Below are positions 29,989-41,100 of a stretch of DNA of 64,000 bases, piece after piece; within the stretch, counting starts at the first letter, position 1, and every line of letters begins with the position of its first letter. Below the pieces are notes generated by a model that was not told where the DNA came from, made no database searches, and was given only the letters and a program-made list of their open reading frames with translations. This stretch comes from Planctomycetota bacterium (lineage in GTDB: Bacteria; Planctomycetota; UBA8108; UBA1146): the NCBI GenBank assembly GCA_016776905.1, contig JADHSM010000011.1, positions 41,442-105,441 of the forward strand, in the 5' to 3' direction. Both the position numbers and the translations under genes were made by a program.

Positions 29989-30816
29989 GTGTTCAGTTCT
30001 GAAGGTATGTTCACCCAAAGGTGCAGCAAATTTGTCCTTCTGATGCTGGTATTGGCTCTCGGTTATCTCGTCTCTGACAAGTTTGTTTCAAATCGAATTC
30101 CCCTGGTGGTTTTCGCCGCTAGTTCCTTAACAGATGTTCTTCCGCTTCTGGAAGAGAAGTTTGAGGAAAATAGACCTGATATCGACGTGAGATTGGTCTT
30201 TTCTGGTAGCCAAATATTGCGTTATCAAATTGAGCAGGGTGCACAAGCGCACCTCTTTATTTCTGCACACCCCGATCATGTCGATAATTTGATACAAGCG
30301 GGTTTAGCAAGTCAGCCCAAAGTGATCGCAAGAAACAAGTTGGTCTTGGCAGTTTCCCAAAAGTGCCTTGATACTCTTCCCTATACCCTCGTTGACGACT
30401 CGATTTTTAAAGTGCTTTCCGGTGCAAAGAAAATCGTTGTTGGCGATGAAAGTGTTCCGCTGGGTATCTACACAAATGCCATGCTCGGGAAATTGGAAAA
30501 GAAATACGGCAAGAGTTTTGTGCAACAAGTAGAGTCCTCCGTCGTTTCTCGGGAATCCAACTCCAGATTAGTTCTCAGTAAAATACTATTGGGCGAGGCG
30601 GATGCTGCGATCGTTTATCAGAGCGACATTCTTGACAGAGATGTTTGGTCGATACCGATTCCAGATGATCTTCAGTTGCCAGTTTATTACTCCATGGTGG
30701 TCGGCTCGGAGAAACTGAATGATAATACCCAGGCGTTTTATGACTTCCTCAAGAGTCCTTTAGCGGGGGGGACGTTTATGATTCACGGCTTATTAAACCC
30801 CAAGACCGATGAATAG
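29989..30816 (+). CDS. modA: molybdate ABC transporter substrate-binding protein
   Basis: Contains VVFAASSLTDVL and VFSGSQ.L..QIEQGA..HLFISA, typical of ModA. The SD sequence AGGAG lies 7 nt before the GTG start. Confidence 0.85.
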   Translation: MFSSEGMFTQRCSKFVLLMLVLALGYLVSDKFVSNRIPLVVFAASSLTDVLPLLEEKFEENRPDIDVRLVFSGSQILRYQIEQGAQAHLFISAHPDHVDNLIQAGLASQPKVIARNKLVLAVSQKCLDTLPYTLVDDSIFKVLSGAKKIVVGDESVPLGIYTNAMLGKLEKKYGKSFVQQVESSVVSRESNSRLVLSKILLGEADAAIVYQSDILDRDVWSIPIPDDLQLPVYYSMVVGSEKLNDNTQAFYDFLKSPLAGGTFMIHGLLNPKTDE

Positions 30817-31624
30817 CAGAACTCACAGATACACCGACTCTCGCAAGAGGATTTGGATCCTCGTTGCATTCCCTTTGTTGTTGGTCTTGGTGCTTCCGGG
30901 AATAGCACTTCTTCTTTCTGCGGGTTTACCCGCGGTATGGACTGCGGTTTCTGATCCCATTTTCAAGGAAGCTCTGCTGTTGAGTTTGAAAACCTCAATC
31001 TTGTCGTTGGGGCTGATATTCTTCTTTGGGATTCCTATGGCATGGTGGTTTGCCCAGTCTGATTCGCGCGTTGCTCGTATCTTAGAAGCGTTGGTCGATT
31101 TGCCTGTGATTGTGCCGCCGGCCGTGATCGGTATCGGCTTGTTGCAGGCTTTCGGAAGAAACGGAATATTTGGGAAAGTTTTCGACCACTGGGATTGGGG
31201 AATCCCTTTCACTTTCTGGGCCGTGATCTTGGCGCAGGTCGTGATCGCTGCACCATTTTTTATTCGATCAGCGGTGGTTGCATTCAGGGAGTTGGATCAA
31301 GAACTGATTGTTGTGGCAAGAACTCTTGGACACTCTCCGCTTCAGATTCTCACTCGAGTTGTTATTCCGATGTCACGGACGGGATGGGTCGGTGGTTTGA
31401 CTTTGGCATGGGCTCGGGCATTGGGTGAATTTGGAGCTACATTGTTGTTCGCAGGGAATATGCCTGGAGTAACACAGACGGTGCCATTGGCTATTTACAG
31501 CGCGCTCGAAAGAGATGTTCATGTGGCAGTTGCGTTATCGCTTCTGTTGTGTGCTCTTGCCCTAGTTTTGTTGTTCTTGCTGCGTAAGTTTTTCGTGCCG
31601 GTTTCATTGAAGGAGCGGCCATGA
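30809..31624 (+). CDS. modB: molybdate ABC transporter permease
   Basis: The EAA loop is ARTLGHSPLQILTRVVIPMSR..GLTLAWARALGEFGATLLFAGN. About six TM segments are predicted. Confidence 0.85.
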   Translation: MNSRTHRYTDSRKRIWILVAFPLLLVLVLPGIALLLSAGLPAVWTAVSDPIFKEALLLSLKTSILSLGLIFFFGIPMAWWFAQSDSRVARILEALVDLPVIVPPAVIGIGLLQAFGRNGIFGKVFDHWDWGIPFTFWAVILAQVVIAAPFFIRSAVVAFRELDQELIVVARTLGHSPLQILTRVVIPMSRTGWVGGLTLAWARALGEFGATLLFAGNMPGVTQTVPLAIYSALERDVHVAVALSLLLCALALVLLFLLRKFFVPVSLKERP

Positions 31625-32358
31625 CGAATTGGAGCGCACAGTTTGAGTTTTCGAGGGGTGACCTTGAGCTCAAGGTGGACTTGCAAGGGGCAGATCGACC
31701 GCTGGCACTGATCGGTGCCAACGGCGCAGGCAAAACAACAGTCCTTAAGATTCTGTTGGGGATAGAAACTCCATCTTCAGGTCATTTTCGGTGCGGAGAG
31801 AAACTTCTATACAGCTCTGAAAAGTCCATCTGCGTCGATCCCGAAAATAGAAGGATGGCGTACTTGCCTCAAGGTTGTGGACTATTTCCACATCTCGACG
31901 TTCTCGATAACGTCGGATTTGGCCTGCAAACCCAGAAAGGTTTTTCAGTTTCTGAAGTGAAAAAACTGAGCCTTCAGGCGCTTGAGGAGTTGGATGTGTC
32001 TCATCTAAAGACACGGAATCCCATTCAACTCTCCGCAGGTGAGCGGCAAAAAGTAGCTCTTGCGAGAGTGCTAACAATGAGACCTGAAATGATTCTGTTG
32101 GACGAGCCGGTCAGTGCTCTCGACATTATGGCTCGAAGAGAAGTCCGTGAGATTCTTTCGGAACAACTTCTAGAGTTGAAGATCCCAGCAGTGTTGGTGA
32201 CTCATGACGTCAGGGACGTGCGCGAACTTTCAGCAGATGTGGCATTATTGGACAAGGGGAAGATCTCGTTGCAGGGTTGTTATAAAGAGATCTCCGAGCG
32301 TAGGGGCGACGAAAAACTACACCCGTTTTTGAAAGAGTTTTTAGGCGACTTTAATTAG
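31621..32358 (+). CDS. ABC transporter ATP-binding protein (ModC-like, no TOBE domain)
   Basis: Has Walker A GANGAGKTT, signature LSAGERQKVALARV and Walker B ILLDEP. It overlaps modB by 4 nt. Confidence 0.85.
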   Translation: MTNWSAQFEFSRGDLELKVDLQGADRPLALIGANGAGKTTVLKILLGIETPSSGHFRCGEKLLYSSEKSICVDPENRRMAYLPQGCGLFPHLDVLDNVGFGLQTQKGFSVSEVKKLSLQALEELDVSHLKTRNPIQLSAGERQKVALARVLTMRPEMILLDEPVSALDIMARREVREILSEQLLELKIPAVLVTHDVRDVRELSADVALLDKGKISLQGCYKEISERRGDEKLHPFLKEFLGDFN

Positions 32359-32816
32359 GACTGCGGAAAGTAAATGGCGAGTATTGCCAATCTTCCAGAC
32401 CAAGACAGAGTCCTAATCCAGTTTGTTTTCACCAACATTCGTATCGAATAGTTTTCCTCTTCAATCGAAGAGGCATCTGCCAAGTCCGTCTTTGGATGAC
32501 CGATTTTCCCATGACGTGGAATTTGAAGAACGAGAGTTGAAAGCCAAATCACGCCCAAGAGCCCCATGCCCATCAGGGCGGGTATGAAGCGTTCTGTATC
32601 CCACTCTCTGAACACCAACAGGGTGCCGCCGAAGAGCTCGACAACCATGGGTAGAAAGACGATGGCGGTCGTTCGTCGAATATGGAAGGCTTGATAAGCT
32701 TGACGATCAGCGGGTGAGACTAATGAGTAGATGGGATAGTGAACCCATTGCACAAACCAAATGAGGCCCGTCAGGTAACACGTTGAGATCCATTGCGTTG
32801 TGAGAAGGTAGTCCAT
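32355..32816 (-). CDS. small integral membrane protein, unknown function
   Basis: 153-aa ORF with four hydrophobic segments. Confidence 0.55.
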   Translation of the reverse strand: MDYLLTTQWISTCYLTGLIWFVQWVHYPIYSLVSPADRQAYQAFHIRRTTAIVFLPMVVELFGGTLLVFREWDTERFIPALMGMGLLGVIWLSTLVLQIPRHGKIGHPKTDLADASSIEEENYSIRMLVKTNWIRTLSWSGRLAILAIYFPQS

Positions 32817-32837
32817 CAGTCTCCTGAGGAAGATGGG

Positions 32838-33674
32838 TTATTTCGAAGTGGGCGTTTTCTCCACAGTATCCGTTGGAGCAGTTTTTTCTGGGGGTGCAAT
32901 TTTGCGGATGGGGATTTGTACTTCACCCCAGCGTTTTGCACTGCGGACTTCTGGACCGTTGTAGAAAAGCGCGCGAGGTTTTCCTGCGAGTTCGCAGTTC
33001 GCCATATTTTCAAGATGTTGTTTCAACAATCCCACTCGTTCAGTCACCTGCTTGACGCCGTATCCACCTTGAAACCCTATCGATATCACAGTCACTCTTT
33101 GTTCGTCTTCGACGACCACTGCTCCGGAGATTCCTGTCGGCCCGAGATCCGGTGTTCGATAGAGAAATGACATAGCCCAGCCAGCAACTCGAGATGAAGG
33201 TGCGCCGATGTCGATGTTGTATTCCATCTCGACTGGAGAAGTCATGGCGATTTCGCGAGACTTAATGTGATTGAAGAGTTTCCAGAAACCGAAGTTGCTC
33301 GCAAGATCTGGAGCGATTTTCCCCTCAACCTTTGCACGCCGAACTACAGGATATGTTTTTAACTCTACGGCTCCTGGTGCGGTGGGAGTGGGGTAGCCAG
33401 AGGGGAGAGGTGTATCAATTCTTGCACTGTCACAACGCCAGGTTCCGTTCTCATCACGGAAGACTTCTCCGATAGGGGTTCCGCCTAAGGCAAGGCACTC
33501 TCCGACTGAGGGGAATTCGGTCTGAATTTGGGCCGTTGCTTTGGGTGCGGGTTTCGTGATTTCTGTGCCGTCGGTGGCGACGCCCCATGAAAACAGGAGT
33601 GCGGGTATCCAAACCAATGAGTACATGATGGCTCCAAATCTTGGTTTCTCAGTCATTTGGACGAGAGGAACCAC
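32838..33674 (-). CDS. SOUL haem-binding-like secreted protein
   Basis: After a signal/anchor and a Cys-containing linker, the C-terminal ~190 aa follow the SOUL/HEBP pattern: YPVVRRAKV..., FWKLFNHIKSREIAMTSPV, MSFLY and VISIGFQGGY...ALFYNGP....RWGEVQIPI. Confidence 0.6.
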   Translation of the reverse strand: MVPLVQMTEKPRFGAIMYSLVWIPALLFSWGVATDGTEITKPAPKATAQIQTEFPSVGECLALGGTPIGEVFRDENGTWRCDSARIDTPLPSGYPTPTAPGAVELKTYPVVRRAKVEGKIAPDLASNFGFWKLFNHIKSREIAMTSPVEMEYNIDIGAPSSRVAGWAMSFLYRTPDLGPTGISGAVVVEDEQRVTVISIGFQGGYGVKQVTERVGLLKQHLENMANCELAGKPRALFYNGPEVRSAKRWGEVQIPIRKIAPPEKTAPTDTVEKTPTSK

Positions 33675-33856
33675 CCTTGTGATCCCTGCTGGATACGTCC
33701 ATATCGTTCAATGGTAGCACTTGAATTGGAATTCAGTCAAGGGAATGAAAAGCCAGTTATGGTCTTAATAGTAGCAAAATTGGCAAAATGAGGACTAAAT
33801 TTGCCATATCTCAACTTCCTGCTCGACAGATCGGAAATGTTCAATACGATCATAGT

Positions 33857-34762
33857 ATGGAAAATAAATACTACACACCAAAAACTCTGGGAGACGCCAT
33901 CGGCGTCAGCCAATCCAGCCTGAAAAGGTGGGCAGATAGAGGGCTCCTGAATGTGGAGCGCACTGTTGGAGGCCATCGCAGGATCGTTCTCGAAGAGGCT
34001 CTCCGGTTTATCCGTGAATCCGGTGTATCCATCGTGAAGCCGGATTTGTTGGGTCTCGAAGATTATGACATCGATACTGAAGGCCAGGATTTGGATTCGG
34101 CAGATAAGTTGTATTACGCATTGCATGCCGGAGACGAAACAGGTGTGAGAGGACTCGTCCTCAATCAGTACTTGGAGGGCAGACCTCTCCACGAAATCTT
34201 TGATCAAGATCTGCAACCTGCGATGACGCGAATCGGATTGCTTTGGCATGACGATATTTCAGGAATAACGATTGAGCACAGAGCTCATGATATTTGCATG
34301 CAGGTCCTTGCCGATCTCCGATTCCGGTTGCCAAAGGTATTCACTAAAGGCATGGCGATCGGCTGCTCAGCACCTGGCGACTCATACTCAATGCCGACCG
34401 CACTTGTTGCCACAGCACTTCGAGCAGAAGGATTTGAGGCTGTAAATCTAGGGCCTAATTTGCCTCTTGATGCTTTGATGGATGAATGTAAAAAAGTGAA
34501 ACCTGTTTTGGTGTGGATCAGTATTAGCCATCTCAAGAAAGCTCATATTCTGCGAAACGATTTACGTGACTTCGCGAGATTCCTCAGAGACCAGCAAGGG
34601 GCTTTGGTGATCGGTGGATCTCAAGTTTCAAGACTGCGTTTGGATAAAGATCCATTTGTTTTGATTGGTAAAAACATTCATGAGCTCGTTTCGATTTCAC
34701 GAGGTCTTGTTGCCGAGCGAATGACCGGTGAAAAAACTCAAGAAACCAAGTCTGAAGAGTGA
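33857..34762 (+). CDS. LitR/CarH-like regulator: MerR/excisionase-type HTH fused to a B12-binding-like domain
   Basis: The HTH is YYTPKTLGDAIGVSQSSLKRWADRGLL. The C-terminal Rossmann-like B12-binding fold is GMAIGCSAPGDSYSMPTALVATALRAEGFEAVNLG....L. The track start at 33788 is also possible. Confidence 0.7.
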   Translation: MENKYYTPKTLGDAIGVSQSSLKRWADRGLLNVERTVGGHRRIVLEEALRFIRESGVSIVKPDLLGLEDYDIDTEGQDLDSADKLYYALHAGDETGVRGLVLNQYLEGRPLHEIFDQDLQPAMTRIGLLWHDDISGITIEHRAHDICMQVLADLRFRLPKVFTKGMAIGCSAPGDSYSMPTALVATALRAEGFEAVNLGPNLPLDALMDECKKVKPVLVWISISHLKKAHILRNDLRDFARFLRDQQGALVIGGSQVSRLRLDKDPFVLIGKNIHELVSISRGLVAERMTGEKTQETKSEE

Positions 34763-36210
34763 AGCAGGTGAATGAGCCTGTTGATGTTGCCGGTCGTGTT
34801 CGTCCCGTCAATGACAGACCTGTTGACTACAATGGAGATTATGTTCTCCACTGGATGACTTCAGCCAGAAGAGCAGAATACAATCATGCCCTCGATCGTT
34901 CCGCCGCTTGGGCACGCGCACTGAATAAACCCCTCATTGTCCTCGAAGCTATTGGGTTGCAGCACCCTTGGGCGAGCTCGCGATTCCATAGTTTTATTAT
35001 TCAGGGGATGGCTGACCAGATGAGTCAGTTTCAAAAGTACGGCGTCAGGTATCTTCCCTACATCGAAAAAAAACCGGGTGAAGGCAAGGGTCTCATTGAA
35101 GCCCTCTCTGTGAATGCATGTCTTGTGGTCACAGATGATTGGCCATGTTTCATTACGCCAAAAATCGTTAAAGCTGCAGGAGAAAAATCAGCGGTTCATT
35201 TAGAGGCGGTCGACATCGCCGGGCTGCTTCCAGTGGCGGCGGTCCCCAAAGTTTTTGCGAGAGCATATCATTTCCGTCTTTGGCACGAAAAAAACCTACA
35301 CCTTCATCTTGAGAACTTATCCCAAGAGTCACCATTGGTAGATATTCCACTCGAGCCTGAAATCGATTCGCCCATCTTGAGCGCTTCGATTTTGGACAAG
35401 TGGAAGATGGCGAGTGAAGAAGAGTTACAAAACCCTGAGTTGTTCTTGGGAGACTTACCCATCGATCAGGAAGTGAAGCCGGTCAAACAACATCCTGGTG
35501 GAGCGGTTGAGGCGAATAAAAGACTCGATAATTTTGTATCGAACCTGATCGATAGGTATGGCGAAGATCGCAATCAGCCGGAGAAAGTATCGACCAGTAC
35601 CCTCAGTTCGTACCTACACTTTGGGCATATCTCTTCTCAGCAGATTTGGCAGAGTGCCGCAGACGCGGATGCCGGTGAAAATGGATCGGCGTTTATTGAT
35701 CAGTTGATCACTTGGAGAGAACTGGGGTTCAACTTTTGCCACTATCACGATGAAATCGATACATGGGAATCGCTGCCAGAGTGGGCACGAAAAACCCTTG
35801 ATGAGCACGCAGATGACGTCAGGCCTGTCACCTATTCCTTAGAAGAAATGGAAGCGGCAGAGACCCACGACGAAATTTGGAATTCGGCGCAAAGACAGCT
35901 TGTTGGGGAAGGGATCATTCACAATTATTTGAGAATGCTGTGGGGAAAGAAAATCCTCGAATGGAGTTCCCATCCCAAAGAAGCGTTGAATACGATGATT
36001 CATCTCAACAACCGGTGGGCGTTAGATGGCAGAGATCCTAATTCATACAGCGGAATCACCTGGTGTTTGGGGCGTTATGATCGTGCATGGGGCCCTGAGA
36101 GACCTATCTTTGGAAAAATCCGTTACATGTCTTCAGATAATACTGCCCGCAAATTGAGAATTAAGCCGTACCTCGAACGGTGGAGCACAGGAAACCTGTT
36201 TAGCAGCTGA
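34759..36210 (+). CDS. phr: deoxyribodipyrimidine photolyase, class II
   Basis: Contains WRELGFNF, HNYLRMLWGKKILEW and NNRWALDGRDPNSYSGITWCLGRYDRAW. The GTG start overlaps the regulator stop (GTGA). Confidence 0.9.
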   Translation: MKQVNEPVDVAGRVRPVNDRPVDYNGDYVLHWMTSARRAEYNHALDRSAAWARALNKPLIVLEAIGLQHPWASSRFHSFIIQGMADQMSQFQKYGVRYLPYIEKKPGEGKGLIEALSVNACLVVTDDWPCFITPKIVKAAGEKSAVHLEAVDIAGLLPVAAVPKVFARAYHFRLWHEKNLHLHLENLSQESPLVDIPLEPEIDSPILSASILDKWKMASEEELQNPELFLGDLPIDQEVKPVKQHPGGAVEANKRLDNFVSNLIDRYGEDRNQPEKVSTSTLSSYLHFGHISSQQIWQSAADADAGENGSAFIDQLITWRELGFNFCHYHDEIDTWESLPEWARKTLDEHADDVRPVTYSLEEMEAAETHDEIWNSAQRQLVGEGIIHNYLRMLWGKKILEWSSHPKEALNTMIHLNNRWALDGRDPNSYSGITWCLGRYDRAWGPERPIFGKIRYMSSDNTARKLRIKPYLERWSTGNLFSS

Positions 36211-36289
36211 GAACTATTCAGGAAACTTGCACAGATCTGACATTATCTACCAGACTCCCAAGCATTGATTCATGCGAGAAGCGAAATCA

Positions 36290-37270
36290 TTAAGGAAGAA
36301 GTCTCGCCGCTGCCGGAGCAAAATAAGTAAAGATCATGTCGGCACCTGCACGTTTTATGGCGGTCAATGATTCGAGCATTGCAGATTCTTCATCGATAGC
36401 GCCGGCTTGGCTGGCGAATTTGATCATGGCGTACTCTCCACTGACTTGATAAGCAGCGACGGGAACAGGTGACATGCCTGCGACCTCTGAGATGATATCG
36501 AGATATGCTCCTGCGGGTTTGACCATGACGATATCCGCACCTTCATCAACATCGAGTTCCACTTCCCGGATGGCTTCGTTCATATTGGCGGGATCCATCT
36601 GGTACGTTTTTTTATCACCGCTACGAGGCGCTGAGTCGAGAGCATCCCTGAATGGGCCGTAGAACGCAGAGGCATACTTTGCGGAGTAGGAACAGATTCC
36701 CGTTTCTGTGAAACCGGCATCGTCGAGGGTGTCTCTAATCACTGCGACTCTGCCATCCATCATATCTGAAGGGGCTACGATATCAGCGCCAGCCGCCGCC
36801 TGGCTGACAGCCATCGCCGCAAGAATCGGTAGAGTTTCATCGTTGACGATTTTCCCATCGCGAACGAGGCCGTCGTGACCGTCACTGGAGTATGGATCCA
36901 TGGCGACATCTGTGAAGAGAAGCAGTTCGGGGAATAGTTTTTTCAGTTCTCTGATACTGTTTTGCATCAACCCGTCTTCACGAGTGGACTCCGTGGCAAG
37001 TGTGTCTTTGCGATCATCTCCGAGGACCGGAAAAAGTGCGATGGCTCTGATTCCCAGTTCTGCAACAGACTCCACATGTTTCGTGAGTTGATCGAGTGAG
37101 TGTCTGTGAATTCCGGGCATTGTTGCGATCTCTTGCGAGACCGCGGTGCCTTCTTGAACAAAGACGGGATAAATCAAGTCGTGGGTAGTGAGCTGAGTTT
37201 CTCGCATCAGGTCGCGCATCGCCTCGGAAGATCGATTTCTTCTGGGTCGATTGGGAATGGGCTCGTTCAT
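36290..37270 (-). CDS. hemB: porphobilinogen synthase (delta-aminolevulinate dehydratase), Asp-rich (Mg-type) metal site
   Basis: Contains RPRRNR, DLIYPVFV, TDVAMDPYSSDGHDG, MVKPA..YLD and YQVSGEYAM. I prefer the start at ATG 37270. Confidence 0.92.
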   Translation of the reverse strand: MNEPIPNRPRRNRSSEAMRDLMRETQLTTHDLIYPVFVQEGTAVSQEIATMPGIHRHSLDQLTKHVESVAELGIRAIALFPVLGDDRKDTLATESTREDGLMQNSIRELKKLFPELLLFTDVAMDPYSSDGHDGLVRDGKIVNDETLPILAAMAVSQAAAGADIVAPSDMMDGRVAVIRDTLDDAGFTETGICSYSAKYASAFYGPFRDALDSAPRSGDKKTYQMDPANMNEAIREVELDVDEGADIVMVKPAGAYLDIISEVAGMSPVPVAAYQVSGEYAMIKFASQAGAIDEESAMLESLTAIKRAGADMIFTYFAPAAARLLP

Positions 37271-37370
37271 GCGACTCCTCTTTTCCGAGAGTGTAAACAC
37301 TATGAATTGAATCATCTCGGCGAGAAAAGAGCCACCCTTTCAATACGCAGGAAAGGGGAATTTGAGGAAG

Positions 37371-38033
37371 TTAACGTTCTGAGCGTGGGTCTTTTCTCCA
37401 CATGGACTTCCTGAAGTCCCAAATCATCGATCTTTCAAGGCCCGTTGGAAATTCTACGTCCGTATCTTTCAAAACAGGAAATCTCCGGACCAATAACTCA
37501 CTTTGACGTTCTATCACATCTTGCCCACCGTACCCCGCAGCTAGGTAGTTAGGAATCGGGGTCAAATTGAATGTGCTGCCGTCGGACGAAAACCCGTCTT
37601 CTGAGAACTTCATGGAGAAGCCAAGAATTTTGTGAAGTGCGCCTTTTTCGTCAATCTGTCCCCAAACAATAATCGTGTGGCAACCATCTCCATCGGGATC
37701 GAGAAAAAGGACATCTCTGATTTTGAAATCACCGGATTTACCTTGAGAAATGGCTGTGCCACCCGACTCGAATGTCACTTTTAATTCTTGTTGATCAGCG
37801 TTTTCTTGATCAGAAGGATATTGTTCGAGAGTGTATGTGTATTGATTCGAAGTCCACTTTCGAATCAGTCCTTTTGCTGGTTGCTCGACTTCTAATTCTT
37901 CGACGGCAGGAGTGACAAGGTTTTGAGCCATTCGATAACTGGCCAGAGGTGTCACAATTGCGAGTGTCAGGAAGAGAATCAGGATGGTGGAAGAAGGGAC
38001 GATCAGCCGATCATCTTTTTGAGGGTCTGACAT
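37371..38033 (-). CDS. membrane-anchored protein, unknown function
   Basis: 220-aa ORF with a single N-terminal TM segment (ILILFLTLAIVTPLA). Confidence 0.55.
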   Translation of the reverse strand: MSDPQKDDRLIVPSSTILILFLTLAIVTPLASYRMAQNLVTPAVEELEVEQPAKGLIRKWTSNQYTYTLEQYPSDQENADQQELKVTFESGGTAISQGKSGDFKIRDVLFLDPDGDGCHTIIVWGQIDEKGALHKILGFSMKFSEDGFSSDGSTFNLTPIPNYLAAGYGGQDVIERQSELLVRRFPVLKDTDVEFPTGLERSMIWDFRKSMWRKDPRSER

Positions 38034-38113
38034 CTCGATCCTTTCAAATTGCTGGCCTAATCATGTGTGGTCTAGATATGGCAACCACGTTTGCTACAGG
38101 ATAGCATTCTGGT

Positions 38114-41100
38114 ATGACGAATCATTCCATATTGTTACTGATACCGATCTTCATGACAGCAATTCAGCAGGCACCCTTTGTTGAATCGGTGGGGGTCGAC
38201 TTTGAAAGAGAAGTTCGTCCTCTGCTGGCCCGAAATTGCTTCCCGTGTCATGGAAATGACTCCGGAACGAGAAAAGCAGACTTGCGTCTGGACGACCGCG
38301 ATAGTGCGACTCAAATAAAGGGTTGGAAGATCCCGGCGATCTCTCCTGGAGATGCAGAATCCAGCCTTTTGATGCACAGAATCGAGGACGACTCCGACCC
38401 TATGCCTCCGGAGGGGCATCCCCGTCTGAAATCTGAAGAGCGAGATCTCCTTCGCCGCTGGATCAATCAGGGTGCGGAATACTCGTCTCATTGGTCATGG
38501 CAACCTCTGAGAGATGAGCAGCCCCTGAACTCTGAGAACTCAGTATGGATTCGAGATCCCGTAGATGCTTATGTTCTCGAAGGCCTGAAGTCTCAAAAAA
38601 TATCACCGGCTCCAGAGATCGACCCATTGTTTTGGTTGAGAAGAGTGACCTTTGATCTCACGGGTCTTCCTCCCTCCCCAGCAGTAGTGGAAGAGTTCTC
38701 ACTCAACCACGGAGTGGAAGCACGGAAAAAGTATGTGGAGCTACTGTTGGAAGATAGGGGATATGCCGAGCATTTCACGAGGCATTGGCTCGATCTCGTT
38801 CGATATGCAGAAACCCATGGGCACGAGTTCGACTACGCCGTGGGCCCTGCCCATGAATATCGAGATTGGGTGATTCAATCCATCGAGCGAGATGATCCCA
38901 TCGACCAATTTGTGAAAGATCAAATTGCGGGAGACCTCGTTGCGGCTGGTCAGCATTCGGAACTTGAATCTGAGAGTGCGAGAATTCGCCACGCTGCTGC
39001 AGGTACCGGCTGGTGGTGGTTATCCCAAGCGACGCATGGCCCAGTGGACGTTCTCGGGGATACCTTGAATAGAGTGGATAATCAAATAGATGTGATCAGT
39101 CGAGCATTTCTGGGAGCCACCGTTTCATGTGCCCGTTGCCACGATCATAAATTTGATCGCATTTCGCAGGCGGATTGGACAGCGCTTTCAGGAATTGTCC
39201 GATCCACCCGAAGAGTGGTCCACCCATGGGATCGAAACGGGGAAATCCACCAACGGATCTCGGAACTGAAGCCTTTGATGGGAACTTTATCGGCGGCTTT
39301 AGAGCAGGGAATGACGCTTCAGGAAACCCTTCCTCTCGCCTCTTGGATGTTGGCTGCTAAGGCCCTTCGCGATGTGATGCCTGATCAAGGCGAGAAGATG
39401 AGAAGCGATATTCTACTCCAGAGCTTTGAAGATGGCTGGTCTGATTGGGTGGTGGAGGGAGATGCATTTGGGAAGAGTCCGCATCACAGAAGAGATCTCA
39501 TAGAAGAACAGAGTGATTTTCTTCAAGGTGAAAATCTAGCGACCAGTCATGACCGTCGCCAAGGGAATGAAGAGGGTCAAGATGGTTCTGATCTAGGTCC
39601 TTCAAGTGATCTGCGAAAAGGCAGATTGATCAGTCCTCAATTCGAATTAAACCGTGACTATTTGACATTTTTCATCAGTGGTGGAAACCATGGTTCTGAT
39701 ACATGTGTTCGACTTATTGTTGATGGTCAGGTGATAAAACAAGCCTCAGGGAATCAACAGACACGCATGGATCCGGTTCGCTGGGATGTGGCAGATAAAA
39801 ATGGCAAATCAGCACGCATTGAAGTCATCGATGATCACGAAGGAGGATGGGGTCACATCACCTGTGATCACTTTGTGCTGACGGATGTTCCTCCGAAAGG
39901 TATGCCTACCCGCCAACAATTGACGCGTCGTGCCAAAGCTGAAGGCATCGATAAGGAGATCTTGAAAGAATGGGTGAGGCTTTGGCCACAAGTCATTGAA
40001 GGACATCCTGTGGGGCGAGCTCTCTCCAAGGACGATGTTCTCATCTCAAATTGCGAGTCTTCGGAAGGCTGGACTTTAGATGGGCCGGCATTTGATGATC
40101 TGGAGCCTGGCGACTGGACTCTGATCGGGATGCCTCGTTTTCAGGGGGGCCATTCTCTTCACTCTGCTGCGATATCGAGAGCCCTCAGAGGGACGGCATT
40201 ATCGCGGAATTTTTTAGCAGAGCGTCGATTCCTCCACGTTGGAGTTCAGGGGGAAGATTGTCAGGTTCGGGTGTCGATCGAGGGTTATTGGATGAATCAG
40301 CACAATGCTTTGCTCTTTGAGAATTTTATTCAACCGGTTCAGAGTCTAGACCGTTGGCAGCACATGATCTTTGACCTGGAGAGATATCAGGGAAGAAACA
40401 TTCATGTCGAAATCCATGACCCGGGGGATGGCTGGGTCAGTGTGGATCGAGTGTGGCTTTCGGATGATCGTAGTGCTGGAGGACCTGGGCCGGATTGGTC
40501 TGTTCTCAATAATCCAGGATTGACGACGAGTGAATTGTTATCAGACCCTTCGAGGCTGGAACGATTGCTGACTCTAGGTTTGCTGGATCCTTCTCGCTGG
40601 GGAGAGGCTTGGAATGCTGCGGTCTACAAGGCCGTCATCGCCTATAGAGATGTCGCTTCGAAAATTCCTGATCCTACGATGGTATTGGCCTGCAGTGATG
40701 CACCGGTAGGTTTTGATGTTCCGATTCAAATTAGAGGAGAATCGGGAAAAGTTGGAGAGCTCGTCTCTCGCGGAGCGATCAAAGCACTCGGACAAAACGA
40801 TCGCTTTGCAGATGAGTTACAGGGATCTGGAAGATGGGAATTGGCTCAATGGGTGACTTCTCCGGAGAACCCCCTCTTTTGGCGAGTACAGGCGAACCGT
40901 ATTTGGAAATGGGTGATGGGGAAAGGCCTCGTCTCCACTCCCGACGATATGGGCATGATGGGAACTGCACCCCAAAATCAGAGATTACTAGACCATCTGG
41001 CTTTACGTCTTTCTCGAAACGCCTCTCGGAAAGAGTTGATCAGAGATCTCGTTCTGAGCAGTACATACGCGATGGACTCACTGCATCCTGACCCCGATGT

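Noticed and set aside
38075-38095. Sigma-54-like motif TGGCAAccacgtTTGCt upstream of the PSCyt/DUF1553 gene
   Set aside because: The GG to GC spacing is 11 nt, one too long, so I do not call it.
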